Positions 1 to 20,434 of a stretch of 64,000 bases of DNA are shown piece after piece. Each line of letters opens with the position of its first letter. Position 1 is the first letter of the stretch. The position numbers and the translations under genes were made by a program. This stretch comes from Alphaproteobacteria bacterium. Its GTDB lineage: Bacteria; Pseudomonadota; Alphaproteobacteria; UBA828. The stretch spans positions 1,408,001-1,472,000 of the forward strand of contig OZ243972.1 of NCBI GenBank assembly GCA_965214705.1, in the 5' to 3' direction. Under the pieces are notes generated by a model. That model was not told the origin of the DNA, ran no database searches, and saw nothing but the letters and a program-made list of their open reading frames with translations.

Positions 1-895
1 CGTCCGCGAACAGGTGGCTTCGGTTGGTGCCGGGCTCATAGGTGACAGGCGAGCCCGAGCCCGCCGGGGCGCAGACGATCGAATTAATTTCCCGGCTGAC
101 CGGCGCGCATGCCGTCCCGGCGACGTCGGTGAAGCCGTACCGCTCTGGGGTCGCCAGAAGCGCGTTGAACAGGCCGAAGGCGTCGATCGGGACGATTCCG
201 TCGTCGAGCGTGCCGAGGCCCGCGTTCAGCGTCTGGTTGTAGGCCGTGACAAGCGCGGTCAGCGTCGGCGGGAAGCTCGGATCGGGGATACTCTGGGCAA
301 ACGGAGTCTGTCCCGCATCCGGCAGGTTGAGGACCACGATATGGCGCGCGCCGGCCTGTTGCAGGCGCTGGATTTCGCCCACGTAGCGCTGTGCCGTCGC
401 CGGAATGGCGGCCTGAGGATTGACCGGCTCGCCTGCCGCGACGGCCTCGAGAACGGCAACGAGGTCGTTGCTCCCGGCCCAGACGGCGTAAAGGTGGCTC
501 GGATCGGCCTCCCCCTGGGCACGCATCAAGAGGTGCTGATCGATCTGTTGGTCGATCCTCGGCATTTCGATCCGGCCGAGCACCGGCACAGTGACGTGGC
601 AAGGGATGTCCCTGTTCACGCAAGCGCCGCCGACAGCGAAGTTCGTGCCCCCGGTGAGTGATGATCCCCCCGGCACGCCGAAGGTCTCGGCCACGATTTC
701 GGCCCAGATCGGGTCGGGGTTGGTGGTGAAGCTGCTTCCCGCCGGCAGCCCCAGCGGCAGCGCTTCGACCACGTTGCCGGAATCGCTCAGGCTGTCGCCG
801 AAGATGACGATGGCGTCGTAGTCTTGTGCCCGAACGCCGGAGGCGCAGGCGACGATCGCGACGGCAACAAGGAAAGCGCGGATGTGAAGACGCAT
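1..895 (-). CDS. GDSL/SGNH esterase (EstA-like, possibly autotransporter passenger); runs off the left edge
   Basis: Not in ORF track; manual translation from ATG 895 (RBS AAGGGAG): signal-like MRLHIRAFLVAVAIVACASGVRA, then FGDSLSDSGN, FTTNPDPIW, TNFAVGGA, WAGSND, ending HLFAD at the window edge. Confidence 0.9.
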   Translation of the reverse strand, partial: MRLHIRAFLVAVAIVACASGVRAQDYDAIVIFGDSLSDSGNVVEALPLGLPAGSSFTTNPDPIWAEIVAETFGVPGGSSLTGGTNFAVGGACVNRDIPCHVTVPVLGRIEMPRIDQQIDQHLLMRAQGEADPSHLYAVWAGSNDLVAVLEAVAAGEPVNPQAAIPATAQRYVGEIQRLQQAGARHIVVLNLPDAGQTPFAQSIPDPSFPPTLTALVTAYNQTLNAGLGTLDDGIVPIDAFGLFNALLATPERYGFTDVAGTACAPVSREINSIVCAPAGSGSPVTYEPGTNRSHLFAD

Positions 896-1045
896 CAGAT
901 GGCTCCCTTACGGCACGTGGCCAGCGCCCGCGACGGCCAGAGGACCATCCGACACAGCGCTGACTCTCGGCCCTGTCTCCAAGCGACGAGCGCGTTCGCG
1001 CACCATTATCGACTCTCGCCGCCGTCTGCGCCACCGGCCGGCGTG

Positions 1046-1939
1046 CTAGGACGCGCCGGCCTCCTCGGCGAGCAAAGCGGCAAGGCCGGCGCGGTAGCTC
1101 GGATAGCGCAGCGTGACGCCCAGCTCGGCCTTGATGCGGGCGTTGGAGACCCGCCGGCTATCGGCATAGAAGCTCCGCGCCATCGGCGAGAGGTCCGCGT
1201 CCTCCAGGGGCGTGAGCGGCGGCGGCGCGACGCCCAGACGGGCACAGGCGTGCGCGACGACGTCCGCCGCGGGCGCAGGCTCGTCGTCGCACACATTATA
1301 TATGGCGCCTGCGTGGGGCTTGGCGATGGAGGTCGCCAGCACCTGCGCGATGTCGGCCACGTGAATGCGCGAGAAGACCTGCCCCGGCTTCGCGATGCGT
1401 TTGGCCTCACCGCGCCGCACAGTAGCGAGCGCGTTGCGCCCCGGCCCGTAGATTCCGGCCAGGCGAAAGACGTGCACGGCGAGGCCGTGTTCTGCGCCGA
1501 GGGCGAGCCAACTCCGTTCCGCCTCGAGCCTGCGCTTCCCGCGCGCGCCGGTGGGCGCAAGTGGGGCGTTCTCGTCAACCCAGGCGCCGCCGGTATCGCC
1601 GTAGACCCCCGTGGTGGAGAGATAGCCGATCCATTCCAGGCCCTCGATGGCGGCGATATCGGTGCCGTGGCAGTCGAGCGCCGGGTCGCCGTCTGCGTCC
1701 GGTGGGATCGAGAGGAGGACATGGGTCGCGTCAGCAAGGCTCCGCACCGGATCCGCAAGCGGCGCCTCGCGCGAGAAGGGGACGGCATCGACGCCCGCAT
1801 CCGCGAGTGCGCGGCAACCTTCGGGCGTTCGGCAGGTGCCGGTGAGGGACCAGCCGGCGGGGCCAAGCAGTTCGCCCAATGCCGAGGCGCTAAAGCCGTA
1901 GCCGAAGCAGAACAGCCGCTTGCCGCGCGCCGTCGTCAT
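1046..1939 (-). CDS. NAD-dependent epimerase/dehydratase (atypical SDR)
   Basis: FCFGYGFS, YLSTTGVYGD, FRLAGIYGPGR, FSRIHVADI, YNVCDDEP; ATG 1939 overlaps the queG stop (ATGA). Confidence 0.85.
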   Translation of the reverse strand: MTTARGKRLFCFGYGFSASALGELLGPAGWSLTGTCRTPEGCRALADAGVDAVPFSREAPLADPVRSLADATHVLLSIPPDADGDPALDCHGTDIAAIEGLEWIGYLSTTGVYGDTGGAWVDENAPLAPTGARGKRRLEAERSWLALGAEHGLAVHVFRLAGIYGPGRNALATVRRGEAKRIAKPGQVFSRIHVADIAQVLATSIAKPHAGAIYNVCDDEPAPAADVVAHACARLGVAPPPLTPLEDADLSPMARSFYADSRRVSNARIKAELGVTLRYPSYRAGLAALLAEEAGAS

Positions 1940-3111
1940 GGTCGGGCGCGGCCGGAAGCGCTTGCCGTGGGCTCGGCACCTCTCCATTCGGCCAACACCG
2001 CGGGGTCCGTCTCGGCTGGGGCATGGCGGGCACGGAGTGCGGCGAAATCAGCCGGTGGCGCGAGCCGCCGAGACGCCCAGACCGCCATGGCCCGCACCAA
2101 CGGGGAGGAGTCGCTGAGCAGCCGTTTCGCAGACGGCAAGACTGTGGCATCCCTGCAGTTACCGAGGGCGATCAGCACGTTGCGCACGAAGCGGTCGCGC
2201 CCGGTGCGCTTGATCGGGCTGCCAGAGAAGACGGTTCTGAAGGTCTTGTCGTCCAGCGCCGCGAGGTCGGCGAGCCGGGGCGCGGTCAGCTCGGCGCGCG
2301 GCAGGAAGGCGTACTCTTGCGTCCGGCGGGCGAACTTGTTCCACGGGCAGACCGCGAGGCAATCGTCGCAGCCATAGATCCTGTTGCCCATGGCCGCGCG
2401 AAATTCGAGCGCGATGTGGCCCTTATGCTCGATGGTGAGGTACGAGATGCAGCGCCTGGCATCCAGCCGGTAGGGAGCCGGGAAGGCGTCGGTCGGGCAG
2501 ATATCGAGGCATTGGCGGCAGGAGCCGCAATGGTCGGCCTCGGCCTCGTCGGGTGCGAGGTCGAGGGTCGTGAACAGCTCACCGAGGAAGAGCCACGAGC
2601 CCTGGCGGCGGGAGACGAGGTTGGTGTGCTTGCCCGGCCAGCCGATGCCCGCGCGGGCCGCCAGCGGCTTCTCCATCACCGGCGCCGTGTCCACGAACAG
2701 CTTTACCTCTGCGTCGAAGGTGCCTACGACGAAGCGCGCGAGCCGCCGGAGCCTGCTCTTGAGCACGTCGTGGTAGTCGCGGCCTTGGGCATAGGCCGAG
2801 ACGATGCCCCGCGTTGGTGCGTCGAGCAGGTGCAGCGGATCATGCGCCGGACCGTAGTTGAGGCCCACCACCACAACGCTGCGTGCCTCGGGCCAGAGCG
2901 CGCGGGGGGCTGCGCGTCGCTCGGCGGTGCGCGGCAGCCACGCCATGTCACCGGCATAGCCCAGGCGCAGGAACTGTCGAAGTCCCTCGCCGTCCTCCGG
3001 CACATCGTCGGCACTTGCCACGCCCGCGGCCTGGAAGCCGAGCGAGCGGGCGTGAGTCAGGATCGCGTCACGCGAGGTAGCGGGGTCGGTGGGCTCGGGC
3101 GCCGCCGTCAC
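1936..3111 (-). CDS. queG: tRNA epoxyqueuosine(34) reductase
   Basis: YAQGRDYH, VDTAPVMEK, CGSCRQCLDICPT, CISYLTIE, YGCDDCLAVCPWN; GTG start overlaps cinA stop. Confidence 0.95.
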   Translation of the reverse strand: MTAAPEPTDPATSRDAILTHARSLGFQAAGVASADDVPEDGEGLRQFLRLGYAGDMAWLPRTAERRAAPRALWPEARSVVVVGLNYGPAHDPLHLLDAPTRGIVSAYAQGRDYHDVLKSRLRRLARFVVGTFDAEVKLFVDTAPVMEKPLAARAGIGWPGKHTNLVSRRQGSWLFLGELFTTLDLAPDEAEADHCGSCRQCLDICPTDAFPAPYRLDARRCISYLTIEHKGHIALEFRAAMGNRIYGCDDCLAVCPWNKFARRTQEYAFLPRAELTAPRLADLAALDDKTFRTVFSGSPIKRTGRDRFVRNVLIALGNCRDATVLPSAKRLLSDSSPLVRAMAVWASRRLAPPADFAALRARHAPAETDPAVLAEWRGAEPTASASGRARP

Positions 3112-3611
3112 TTTCTCCCCGCACCTTCGATCATCATGTCGAGTGCGGTCGCCACGGTTGCCAATCGCACCGCGCCGCGATCGCCCGGATAGACCACGCG
3201 CCGGTGAAGGACCGCGCCGCCTGGCCCTGCGCAGGCGTGGTGCACCAAGCCGACCGGCTTGGTTGTCGTTCCCCCGCCGGGCCCTGCAATGCCGGTCACC
3301 GCGACCGCGAGGGTGGCGTTGGAGCGTGCGAGCGCGCCTGCCGCCATCGCCCGTGCCACCTCCTCGCTGACCGCGCCTACGCGCATCAGCAGCTCTTCGG
3401 GCACGCCGAGCATGTCCCGTTTGGCCTCGTTGGCATAAGTCACGAAGCCGCGGTCCACCACGTCCGATGAGCCGGCAATCTCGGTGAGACACGCGGCGAT
3501 CAGGCCGCCGGTGCAGGATTCCGCCGTGGCGACGCGCACGCCCCGCGTCCGGCAGAGCGAAAGTAGCCGCTCGGCACGCTCGGTGATGTCCGCAGGAAAG
3601 GTCACAGCCAT
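3108..3611 (-). CDS. cinA: CinA/PncC family nicotinamide-nucleotide amidohydrolase
   Basis: AESCTGG, GAVSEEVA, VTGIAGPGGG, KPVGLV. Confidence 0.9.
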   Translation of the reverse strand: MAVTFPADITERAERLLSLCRTRGVRVATAESCTGGLIAACLTEIAGSSDVVDRGFVTYANEAKRDMLGVPEELLMRVGAVSEEVARAMAAGALARSNATLAVAVTGIAGPGGGTTTKPVGLVHHACAGPGGAVLHRRVVYPGDRGAVRLATVATALDMMIEGAGRK

Positions 3612-4087
3612 ATCCAGACGTTCCAGAGCAGGACCGCTGCCAGGGCGCCGGCGACAATGTCATCCAGCATCACGCCGAGCCCGCCCTTCACGCGCTTATC
3701 GAGCAGGCTGATGGGCCAGGGCTTTACCACGTCGAACAGGCGGAACAACACGAAGCCCACCGCGTAGAGGGCGACGGTCGGCGGCACCAACAGCAGGGTC
3801 ACGAACTGGCCCGCGACTTCGTCGATCACGATGGCCGATGAATCGCGGGTTCCGGTGCGGCGCTCGTAGGCACCGGCCGCCCAAATGCCAATCACGATCA
3901 GCACGAGGGTGGCGATGGCGAGGCCGATCGTGCCGGTGTAGGTCCTGAGCAGCCACGCGAAGGGCAGCGCCAATGCCGACGCCACGGTCCCCGGCGCCCA
4001 GCGCACGAGGCCCACGCCGAAACAGGTCGCGATCAAGGTTGCCGGATCGCGCAGGTTGAGGCGGGCCGGCTCCGCTTCAGCGGTCAT
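3602..4087 (-). CDS. pgpA: phosphatidylglycerophosphatase A
   Basis: [38 protein letters not shown]. Confidence 0.93.
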   Translation of the reverse strand: MTAEAEPARLNLRDPATLIATCFGVGLVRWAPGTVASALALPFAWLLRTYTGTIGLAIATLVLIVIGIWAAGAYERRTGTRDSSAIVIDEVAGQFVTLLLVPPTVALYAVGFVLFRLFDVVKPWPISLLDKRVKGGLGVMLDDIVAGALAAVLLWNVWIWL

Positions 4088-5306
4088 CGGCATCGTCTGC
4101 GGGCAAGCGGACCGTGGCGACCGCCTGCGCGGCGATGCCTTCGCCGCGCCCGGTGAAGCCGAGGCGCTCGGTCGTGGTCGCCTTCAGGCTGATACGCGCC
4201 GGGTCCAAGCCCAGAATAGTGGCAAGACGCGCCATCATGACCTCACGGTGCGGGCCGATCTTGGGCCGCTGGCAGATCACCGTGACATCGACATGGCTGA
4301 GGTGGCCGCCGCGCGCCGCCAGGAGCTTGAGCGCGTGGGCCACGAAGAGCGCGGACTCGGCGTCCCTCCACGCCTCGTCGGAGGGCGGGAAGTGGGTGCC
4401 GATATCGCCCGCCGCCATCGCTCCCAGCAACGCGTCGACGATGGCGTGGAGCACCACGTCGCCGTCGGAATGGCTGACCACGCCCTGCGCGTGCGGCACC
4501 ACCACGCCGCCCAGCATGAGGTGGTCGCCAGGGCCGAAGCGGTGGACGTCGAAGCCCATCCCGACGCGGGTTTCGAATGCGGCCTCGGCCGCGGTAGCAA
4601 CCTCGCGTTCGCCCTGCGTTGCCAGGATGCGCTCGGCACGGGCGAAATCCCGCTCGGTGGTAATCTTGAGGTTGTCCTCGTCGCCGGGGGTGAGGGCGAC
4701 GGCGAGACCGGCCTGCTCGGCCACCGCAGCATCGTCGGTCAGATTATCGCCCGCCGCGGCGCGGTGGGCGTCGAGAATGGCAGGATAGCGGAAGCCCTGC
4801 GGGGTCTGGGCGCGCCAGAGTTCCTCGCGCGGCACCGCGCCCACGACCAGGGAACTGCCGGGCGCCGCCTGCTTGAGGCTGTCGCTGACCGCCAGCGCGG
4901 GGAGGGCGCCGTCGTGGCCTGCGAGCGCGTCGAGCGCCCCGTCGATCACGGCGGCGGAGACCAGGGGACGCGCGCCGTCGTGGATCAACACCAGGTCGGG
5001 CGGCGATTCCGCGAGGCTTTCCAGTCCGTTACGCACCGAGTCCTGCCGCGTCTCGCCGCCGGCGACCGGTGCGAGCAGCGCAGCGTCTGCCGTATCGCCG
5101 CTTTCGCGCACTGCGTCGTCGTAGAGCGGCCGGTCGGCGGGATTGATCACTACCCTGACCCGGTCGATGCGTGGGTGGGTCGCGAAGCGCTGCACGCTGT
5201 GGCCGAGCACCGCGCGCCCGGCGAGCGCGCGGTACTGCTTGGGCAGCGGGCCGCCGACCCGGTGGCCGCGCCCGGCGGCGACGATCAGGGCGGCGGCGCT
5301 GACCAT
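4077..5306 (-). CDS. ispDF: bifunctional IspD/IspF
   Basis: AAGRG, PKQY, RQDSV, IHDGARP, QTPQGF; C-terminal [25 protein letters not shown]. Confidence 0.95.
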   Translation of the reverse strand: MVSAAALIVAAGRGHRVGGPLPKQYRALAGRAVLGHSVQRFATHPRIDRVRVVINPADRPLYDDAVRESGDTADAALLAPVAGGETRQDSVRNGLESLAESPPDLVLIHDGARPLVSAAVIDGALDALAGHDGALPALAVSDSLKQAAPGSSLVVGAVPREELWRAQTPQGFRYPAILDAHRAAAGDNLTDDAAVAEQAGLAVALTPGDEDNLKITTERDFARAERILATQGEREVATAAEAAFETRVGMGFDVHRFGPGDHLMLGGVVVPHAQGVVSHSDGDVVLHAIVDALLGAMAAGDIGTHFPPSDEAWRDAESALFVAHALKLLAARGGHLSHVDVTVICQRPKIGPHREVMMARLATILGLDPARISLKATTTERLGFTGRGEGIAAQAVATVRLPADDADDR

Positions 5307-5352
5307 GGTGGATCTGTGGCGCGGGTGGCGGCGTTCCGCGCCCCTCCTCGAT

Positions 5353-5428
5353 TGGTGCCGGCGGCAGGACTCGAACCCGCAACCCCTTGATTACAAATCA
5401 AGTGCTCTACCAGTTGAGCTACGCCGGC
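5353..5428 (-). tRNA. tRNA-Thr(TGT)
   Basis: Cloverleaf; anticodon arm CTTGA-TTTGTAA-TCAAG, T-loop GGTTCGAGTCC, encoded CCA. Confidence 0.97.
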
Positions 5429-5509
5429 CAATCGGCCGCTGCAGGCGCGCGCGATCACGGAAGGCCCGCTTTCAAGCGCGCCCTGCGGGCGGTGTCAAGC
5501 ACGCTGCGC

Positions 5510-6346
5510 TCATCGCCGCGAAACCTCGTAGAGCGCGATGGCGGCGGCATTGGAAACGTTGAGGCTCGTCATCGAACCCGGCATGGGAATGCTCGCGGTC
5601 GAATCGCAGCGCTCGCGGGTAAGCCGGCGCATGCCCAGGCCTTCGGCACCCAGCACGAGCGCGAGCGGCGCCTTCACGGAGACGGCCCCGAGCGGCTCGG
5701 ATGCGTCGGGGTCGAGGCCGAGGCACCAGAAGCCGAGTTCTTTCAACACGATGAGGGCGCGCGCGATGTTGACCACGCGGGCGAGCGGCACCGTTTCCAG
5801 CGCGCCCGAGGCGGCCTTGGCCAGCGCGCCGGCGCCCTGCGGCGAATGGCGGTCCTGCATCACCACGGCACCCACCGCGAAGGCCGCCGCCGAGCGCAGG
5901 ATCGCGCCCACGTTGTGCGGATCGGTCACCTGGTCGAGCACGACCACAGTCCGCGGGCCCTCCGCCCCTTGCGCCACGCCGCGGCAGGCCGACGCCAGAT
6001 CGACCGCCGGCAGCGGCGCCGTCTCCAGCACGATGCCTTGGTGCACGGCGCCCTCCGGCAACAGGGCGGCGAGGTCCTGGCGGGAGACGATCTGCGGTGC
6101 ATCGAGTAGGGCGCGGGCGGCAAGTGGCAGCGCGCGCGCGTCCGCTCGCTCGGCGAGCTGCGCTGCGCCCTCCTCCGTCGCGATCAGCCGGTGGCAGCGG
6201 CGGCTCGGATTGGCGAGCGCGGCGGCGACTGCGTGGGCGCCGTAGAGCCGCTCGCGGCGGGGTCGCGCCTGGGCGCGCTGCTCCTGATGGGTGCGCCGGC
6301 GCCCGGTCCCGCGCTCGCGCGGGCGGCGAGAACTGTTGCGTGCCAT
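5510..6346 (-). CDS. rlmB: 23S rRNA Gm2251 methyltransferase (SpoU/TrmH family)
   Basis: LYGAHAV, HQGIVL, LDQVTDPHNVGAILRSA, LGAEGLG, SLNVSNA; start taken at ATG 6346. Confidence 0.9.
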   Translation of the reverse strand: MARNSSRRPRERGTGRRRTHQEQRAQARPRRERLYGAHAVAAALANPSRRCHRLIATEEGAAQLAERADARALPLAARALLDAPQIVSRQDLAALLPEGAVHQGIVLETAPLPAVDLASACRGVAQGAEGPRTVVVLDQVTDPHNVGAILRSAAAFAVGAVVMQDRHSPQGAGALAKAASGALETVPLARVVNIARALIVLKELGFWCLGLDPDASEPLGAVSVKAPLALVLGAEGLGMRRLTRERCDSTASIPMPGSMTSLNVSNAAAIALYEVSRR

Positions 6347-6477
6347 GACGCACCCTATTATAAGACTTCCATCCCTTTTGCGAGACGCCCCGGCACACGG
6401 GCCGCCCGGCGCGCGCTGACGCCGCAGCCGCGGCGGCCAATGGCGCGGTGGGCCGTCACGGAGAGCTCCTTTGGGCG

Positions 6478-6511
6478 TTGACAATCGACCGCGGATGTCC
6501 ATAGTGCGCCC
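6478..6511 (+). promoter_or_regulatory. sigma70 stable-RNA-type promoter of the tRNA-Tyr/Gly-tuf operon
   Basis: TTGACA (6478-6483), 16 bp spacer, CATAGT (6500-6505), then GC-rich GCGCCC. Confidence 0.6.
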
Positions 6512-6542
6512 TTCCGAGTCCCGGGCGCGTCCACCTCGGCGC

Positions 6543-6628
6543 GGAGGGGTGGCCGAGTGGTTAAAGGCAGCAGACTGTAAATCTGCCGACGTATGTCTAC
6601 GTAGGTTCGAATCCTACCCCCTCCACCA
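6543..6628 (+). tRNA. tRNA-Tyr(GTA)
   Basis: GCAGA-CTGTAAA-TCTGC anticodon arm, long variable arm, CCA end. Confidence 0.97.
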
Positions 6629-6681
6629 CACGGGTGCAGCACGTGCACGCGGGCTGCAGGGCGCGGGGGACTTGAGATCGA

Positions 6682-6755
6682 GCGGGTGTAGCTCAATGGT
6701 AGAGCCCCAGCCTTCCAAGCTGGTTACGTGGGTTCGATTCCCATCACCCGCTCCA
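6682..6755 (+). tRNA. tRNA-Gly(TCC)
   Basis: CCAGC-CTTCCAA-GCTGG anticodon arm, CCA end. Confidence 0.97.
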
Positions 6756-6846
6756 GAGTATTCGGCCGACACCGCAGCAGCGGTGCGCGGCTTGTGACGT
6801 CCTTTTAACTGCCGCGAAGACGCGGCAGACGGGGAATAGAGCACCG

Positions 6847-8037
<1,191 letters not shown>

Positions 8038-8071
8038 AGCGCGGCCTCCCGCCGCGGCACACAGACAGAAT

Positions 8072-8147
8072 AGGAGTGTAGCTCAATTGGTAGAGCGCCG
8101 GTCTCCAAAACCGGAGGTTGGGGGTTCGAGACCCTCCACTCCTGCCA
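8072..8147 (+). tRNA. tRNA-Trp(CCA)
   Basis: CCGGT-CTCCAAA-ACCGG anticodon arm, CCA end. Confidence 0.97.
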
Positions 8148-8175
8148 CCTGCGCGGGTAGGGGCGCGTGCTGACC

Positions 8176-8373
8176 ATGGCTCGCACGCCGCCTCTCGAGT
8201 TTCTGCGCCAGGCACGCCAGGAGATCGGCAAGGTCACGTGGCCCACGCGCAAGGAGACGACCATCAGCACCATCATGGTGCTGATCATGGTGATCATCAT
8301 GGCGGTCTTTTTCTTCCTGGTGGATCAGGTGCTCTCCATCGGGGTGCGGGCGATCCTGGGGCTCGGCGGATGA
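8176..8373 (+). CDS. secE: preprotein translocase subunit SecE
   Basis: EIGKVTWPTRKE plus one TM segment; conserved position. Confidence 0.95.
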   Translation: MARTPPLEFLRQARQEIGKVTWPTRKETTISTIMVLIMVIIMAVFFFLVDQVLSIGVRAILGLGG

Positions 8374-8948
8374 CGGACATGTCAGCGGCAGGCACGCACA
8401 TGGCAGACGATCAGGGTCCGGTGCGGCGCTGGTACATCGTCCACGTCTATTCCGGTTTCGAGAAGAAGGTGGCGCAGTCGATCCGCGAGCAGGCCAGGCA
8501 GCAGGGGCTCGATCACCTGATCGCCGACGTCATGGTGCCCTCGGAAGAGGTCGTCGAGATGCGGCGCGGCGCCAAGGTCAAGTCGGAGCGCAAGTTCTTC
8601 CCCGGCTACGTGCTGGCGCACATCAGCATGACCGACGAGACCTGGCACCTGATCAACAACACGCCGAAAGTGACCGGATTCCTCGGCAGTGGCGGCAAGC
8701 CGGTGCCGATCAGCGACGACGAGGCGGACCGCGTGCTGAAGCAGGTCAAGGAAGGTGTCGAGCGGCCGAAGCCCTCGGTCATCTTCGAGATCGGCGAGAC
8801 CGTGCGGGTCTGCGACGGTCCCTTCACTTCGTTCAGCGGGCTGGTGGAGGAGATCGACGAGGAGCGGGCGCGCCTCAAGGTCGCGGTATCGATCTTCGGC
8901 CGGGCGACCCCGGTCGAGCTGGAATACGCGCAGGTCGAGAAGGCCTGA
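8370..8948 (+). CDS. nusG: transcription factor NusG
   Basis: WYIVHVYSGFEKKV, FFPGYV, KOW domain, SIFGRATPVEL; start may be ATG 8400. Confidence 0.97.
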   Translation: MTDMSAAGTHMADDQGPVRRWYIVHVYSGFEKKVAQSIREQARQQGLDHLIADVMVPSEEVVEMRRGAKVKSERKFFPGYVLAHISMTDETWHLINNTPKVTGFLGSGGKPVPISDDEADRVLKQVKEGVERPKPSVIFEIGETVRVCDGPFTSFSGLVEEIDEERARLKVAVSIFGRATPVELEYAQVEKA

Positions 8949-8966
8949 GGGTAGGGCGGGAGAAAC

Positions 8967-9398
8967 ATGGCCAAGAGAGTCACGGGGACGATCAAGCTGC
9001 AGGTGCCGGCGGGGCAAGCCAACCCGTCGCCGCCGATCGGCCCGGCGCTGGGTCAGGCAGGACTCAACATCATGGAGTTCTGCAAGACCTTCAACGCGCA
9101 GACCCAGAACCTCGAGCAGGGAATGCCGATCCCGACCGTGATCTCGGTCTATCACGACCGGACCTTCTCGTTCGTGACCAAGAGCCCGCCGGCCAGCTTC
9201 TTCCTCAAGAAGGCGGCGGGCATCGAGAAGGGCTCCGATACGGTCGGCCGGATCGACCCGGTGGGCCAGGTGACGCGCGCGCAGGTGCGCGAGATCGCGG
9301 AGAAGAAGATGGCGGACCTCAACGCTGACGACATGGATGCGGCCTGCCGCATCATCGAAGGGTCGGCGCGTTCCATCGGCATCCAGGTGGTGGGTTAG
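8967..9398 (+). CDS. rplK: 50S ribosomal protein L11
   Basis: [18 protein letters not shown]. Confidence 0.98.
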   Translation: MAKRVTGTIKLQVPAGQANPSPPIGPALGQAGLNIMEFCKTFNAQTQNLEQGMPIPTVISVYHDRTFSFVTKSPPASFFLKKAAGIEKGSDTVGRIDPVGQVTRAQVREIAEKKMADLNADDMDAACRIIEGSARSIGIQVVG

Positions 9399-9403
9399 CG
9401 GCG

Positions 9404-10114
9404 ATGGCAAAGATCGGAAAGAGGCTGCGGCAGGCCAAGGAGCAGGTCGACCGCGAGAGGACCTATGCGCTCGGCGAGGCGATCACGCTGGTGAAGCAGA
9501 GCGCGAAGGCGAAGTTCGACGAGACCGTCGAAATGAGCGTCGGCCTCGGCGTCGATCCGCGCCATGCGGACCAGATGGTGCGGGGCGTCGTGGCGCTGCC
9601 TCACGGCACCGGAAAGTCGGTGCGCGTCGCGGTCTTCGCCAAGGGCGACAAGGCCGATGCCGCGCGCGAGGCGGGTGCCGACTTGGTCGGCGACGACGAC
9701 CTCGCGGCCGAGGTCCAAGGCGGCAAAATTGAATTCGACCGCTGCATCGCGACGCCCGACATGATGCCGGTTGTCGGCAAGCTCGGCCGCATTCTGGGCC
9801 CGCGCGGGCTCATGCCAAATCCGAAGCTCGGCACGGTGACGCCCGATGTGACCGAGGCCGTCCAGGCGGCCAAGGGCGGTCAGGTGGAGTTCCGGGTCGA
9901 GAAGGCCGGCATCGTCCACGCCGGCATCGGCAAGGCGAGCTTCGAGGAGAAGGCGCTGGCCGAGAATGCCCGCGCGCTGGTGGACGCGCTCAACCGCGCG
10001 AAGCCGAGCGGCGCCAAGGGAACCTACATGAAACGGGCGGCGCTCAGCTCCTCGCAGGGGCCGGGTGTGAAGCTCGACGTTGCCGCCCTGCAGGCGGAGA
10101 TAGCGGCATCGTGA
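9404..10114 (+). CDS. rplA: 50S ribosomal protein L1
   Basis: [25 protein letters not shown]. Confidence 0.98.
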   Translation: MAKIGKRLRQAKEQVDRERTYALGEAITLVKQSAKAKFDETVEMSVGLGVDPRHADQMVRGVVALPHGTGKSVRVAVFAKGDKADAAREAGADLVGDDDLAAEVQGGKIEFDRCIATPDMMPVVGKLGRILGPRGLMPNPKLGTVTPDVTEAVQAAKGGQVEFRVEKAGIVHAGIGKASFEEKALAENARALVDALNRAKPSGAKGTYMKRAALSSSQGPGVKLDVAALQAEIAAS

Positions 10115-10174
10115 CGGGCGGCGTGAGCGGCGCGCGTCTGCGCCTTGTGTCTGCCGGATAAGCCGGAGGAAGTC

Positions 10175-10717
10175 GTGGAACGGCTCAAGAAGGAAGAGAT
10201 CGTCGAAGCCCTGCGCGGCATCTTCGAGAGCACGAATCTCGTCGTCGTGACGCAGTTCAGCGGGCTCTCGGTGGCGGAGGCTTCCGACCTGCGCCGCCAG
10301 ATGCGCGCGGCCGGCGCCACCTTCCGCGTTACCAAGAACCGGCTCGCGAAGCGCGCGATCGAAGGCACGACCTTCGCCCCACTCGCGGACCTCTTCACGG
10401 GCTCCAGCGCGATCGCCTATTCGGACGATCCGGTGGCCGCGGCGAAGGTCGCGGTGGCCTACGCCAGGGAGAACGACAAGCTGATCATCGTGGGCGGCGC
10501 CCTCGGCGGCGCTGCCCTCGATAAGGGCGATGTGCGCTCGCTCGCCGAGCTGCCCTCGCTCGATACCCTGCGCGCCCAGCTGATCGGCGTCCTGAATGCA
10601 CCGGCGACCAAGATCGCCGCCGTGCTGAGCGCGCCGGCAGGCCAGCTCGCGCGCGTCCTCAACGCCTATTCGGAACAAGGAGACACCGCTAGCAAGAGCG
10701 AACCATCCGGCGACTAA
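10175..10717 (+). CDS. rplJ: 50S ribosomal protein L10
   Basis: GTG 10175 after RBS GGAGGA; GLSVAE, VTKNRLAKRA, LPSLDTLRAQL. Confidence 0.95.
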   Translation: MERLKKEEIVEALRGIFESTNLVVVTQFSGLSVAEASDLRRQMRAAGATFRVTKNRLAKRAIEGTTFAPLADLFTGSSAIAYSDDPVAAAKVAVAYARENDKLIIVGGALGGAALDKGDVRSLAELPSLDTLRAQLIGVLNAPATKIAAVLSAPAGQLARVLNAYSEQGDTASKSEPSGD

Positions 10718-10765
10718 TCGCCAACGCATACCAAGAAAAGCCCAAGCCCCCAGGAGACCAACGAC

Positions 10766-11143
10766 ATGGCTGATCTGGCCAAAATTGCAGACGAGCTTTC
10801 GACCCTGACGGTGATCGAGGCCTCCGAGTTGAGCAAGATGCTCGAAGAGAGGTGGGGGGTCTCCGCGGCCGCCCCCGTTGCCGTCGCCGCCGCCCCCGGT
10901 GCCGCGCCAGCGGCCGAGGAGGCCGAAGAGCAGACCGAATTCACCGTGGTGCTTACCTCCTTTGGCGAGAAGAAGATCAACGTGATCAAGGAGGTCCGCG
11001 CGATCACCAGCCTCGGCCTCAAGGAGGCCAAGGCGCTGGTCGAGGGCGTACCGAACGCGGTCAAGGAAGACGTGTCGAAGGACGACGCGGCAAAGATAAA
11101 GGAGCAGCTCGAAGCTGCAGGCGCGACCGTCGAGGTCAAGTAG
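10766..11143 (+). CDS. rplL: 50S ribosomal protein L7/L12
   Basis: [24 protein letters not shown]. Confidence 0.98.
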   Translation: MADLAKIADELSTLTVIEASELSKMLEERWGVSAAAPVAVAAAPGAAPAAEEAEEQTEFTVVLTSFGEKKINVIKEVRAITSLGLKEAKALVEGVPNAVKEDVSKDDAAKIKEQLEAAGATVEVK

Positions 11144-11341
11144 AGACGATTGGCTATCGCCGGCGCACGCCCGGTCACGTGCCGGGTAGCACCGGCCCCG
11201 CCGTCGCGCCGTGGCGCGGGCGGGCACAATCACGCGCGGCCGTTGCTGCGCGGCGTGTGCCGCCGCACCGCACGTAAAGACTAACCCACGGCCCGCCGCG
11301 GCGCCTGAGCCGCGGCCGGGGCCGAGAGTCCGAGGGGTACC

Positions 11342-19954
<8,613 letters not shown>

Positions 19955-19983
19955 GCGCGCAAGCGCATAGGGGAAAACGCAGA

Positions 19984-20412
19984 ATGGCCGTGCGGGGCCG
20001 CCGCCTCTTCGCTGCGGCGACTCTCGCGGCCTTCGCGTTCGTCGCCGCGCCCACATTCGGGGCCAACGCAGCGGCCTGCCCGTCCGGCACCGAGCTATTC
20101 GCCGAATACAGGCTCTTCTTCGGGCGCAGCCAGGGCGAGGTTGAGGTGGTGAGCGACGAGGCTTGGCGCGCCTTCCTCGCCGAGGAGGTGACGCCGCGCT
20201 TTCCGGACGGCCTTACCGTGCTTGATGCTGCGGGGCAGTGGCGCGAGAGCTCGGGCACCATCGTGCGAGAGCGCACCAAGCTCTTGCTCGTGTTCGCTCC
20301 GCCGGGGAAGGACGCCATGCAGCGCACGGATGAAATCGCGGACGCTTACAGGCGTGCCTTCGGCCAATCCAGCGTGCTCCGCGTGGTGACCGAGGCCTGC
20401 GTATCGTTCTAA
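19984..20412 (+). CDS. DUF3574-like exported protein
   Basis: Signal peptide; LFFG, EVTPRFPDGLTV.DA.GQW, FGQSSVLRV. Confidence 0.8.
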   Translation: MAVRGRRLFAAATLAAFAFVAAPTFGANAAACPSGTELFAEYRLFFGRSQGEVEVVSDEAWRAFLAEEVTPRFPDGLTVLDAAGQWRESSGTIVRERTKLLLVFAPPGKDAMQRTDEIADAYRRAFGQSSVLRVVTEACVSF

Positions 20413-20434
20413 CCGAGCCGGCAAGTACCGCGGG

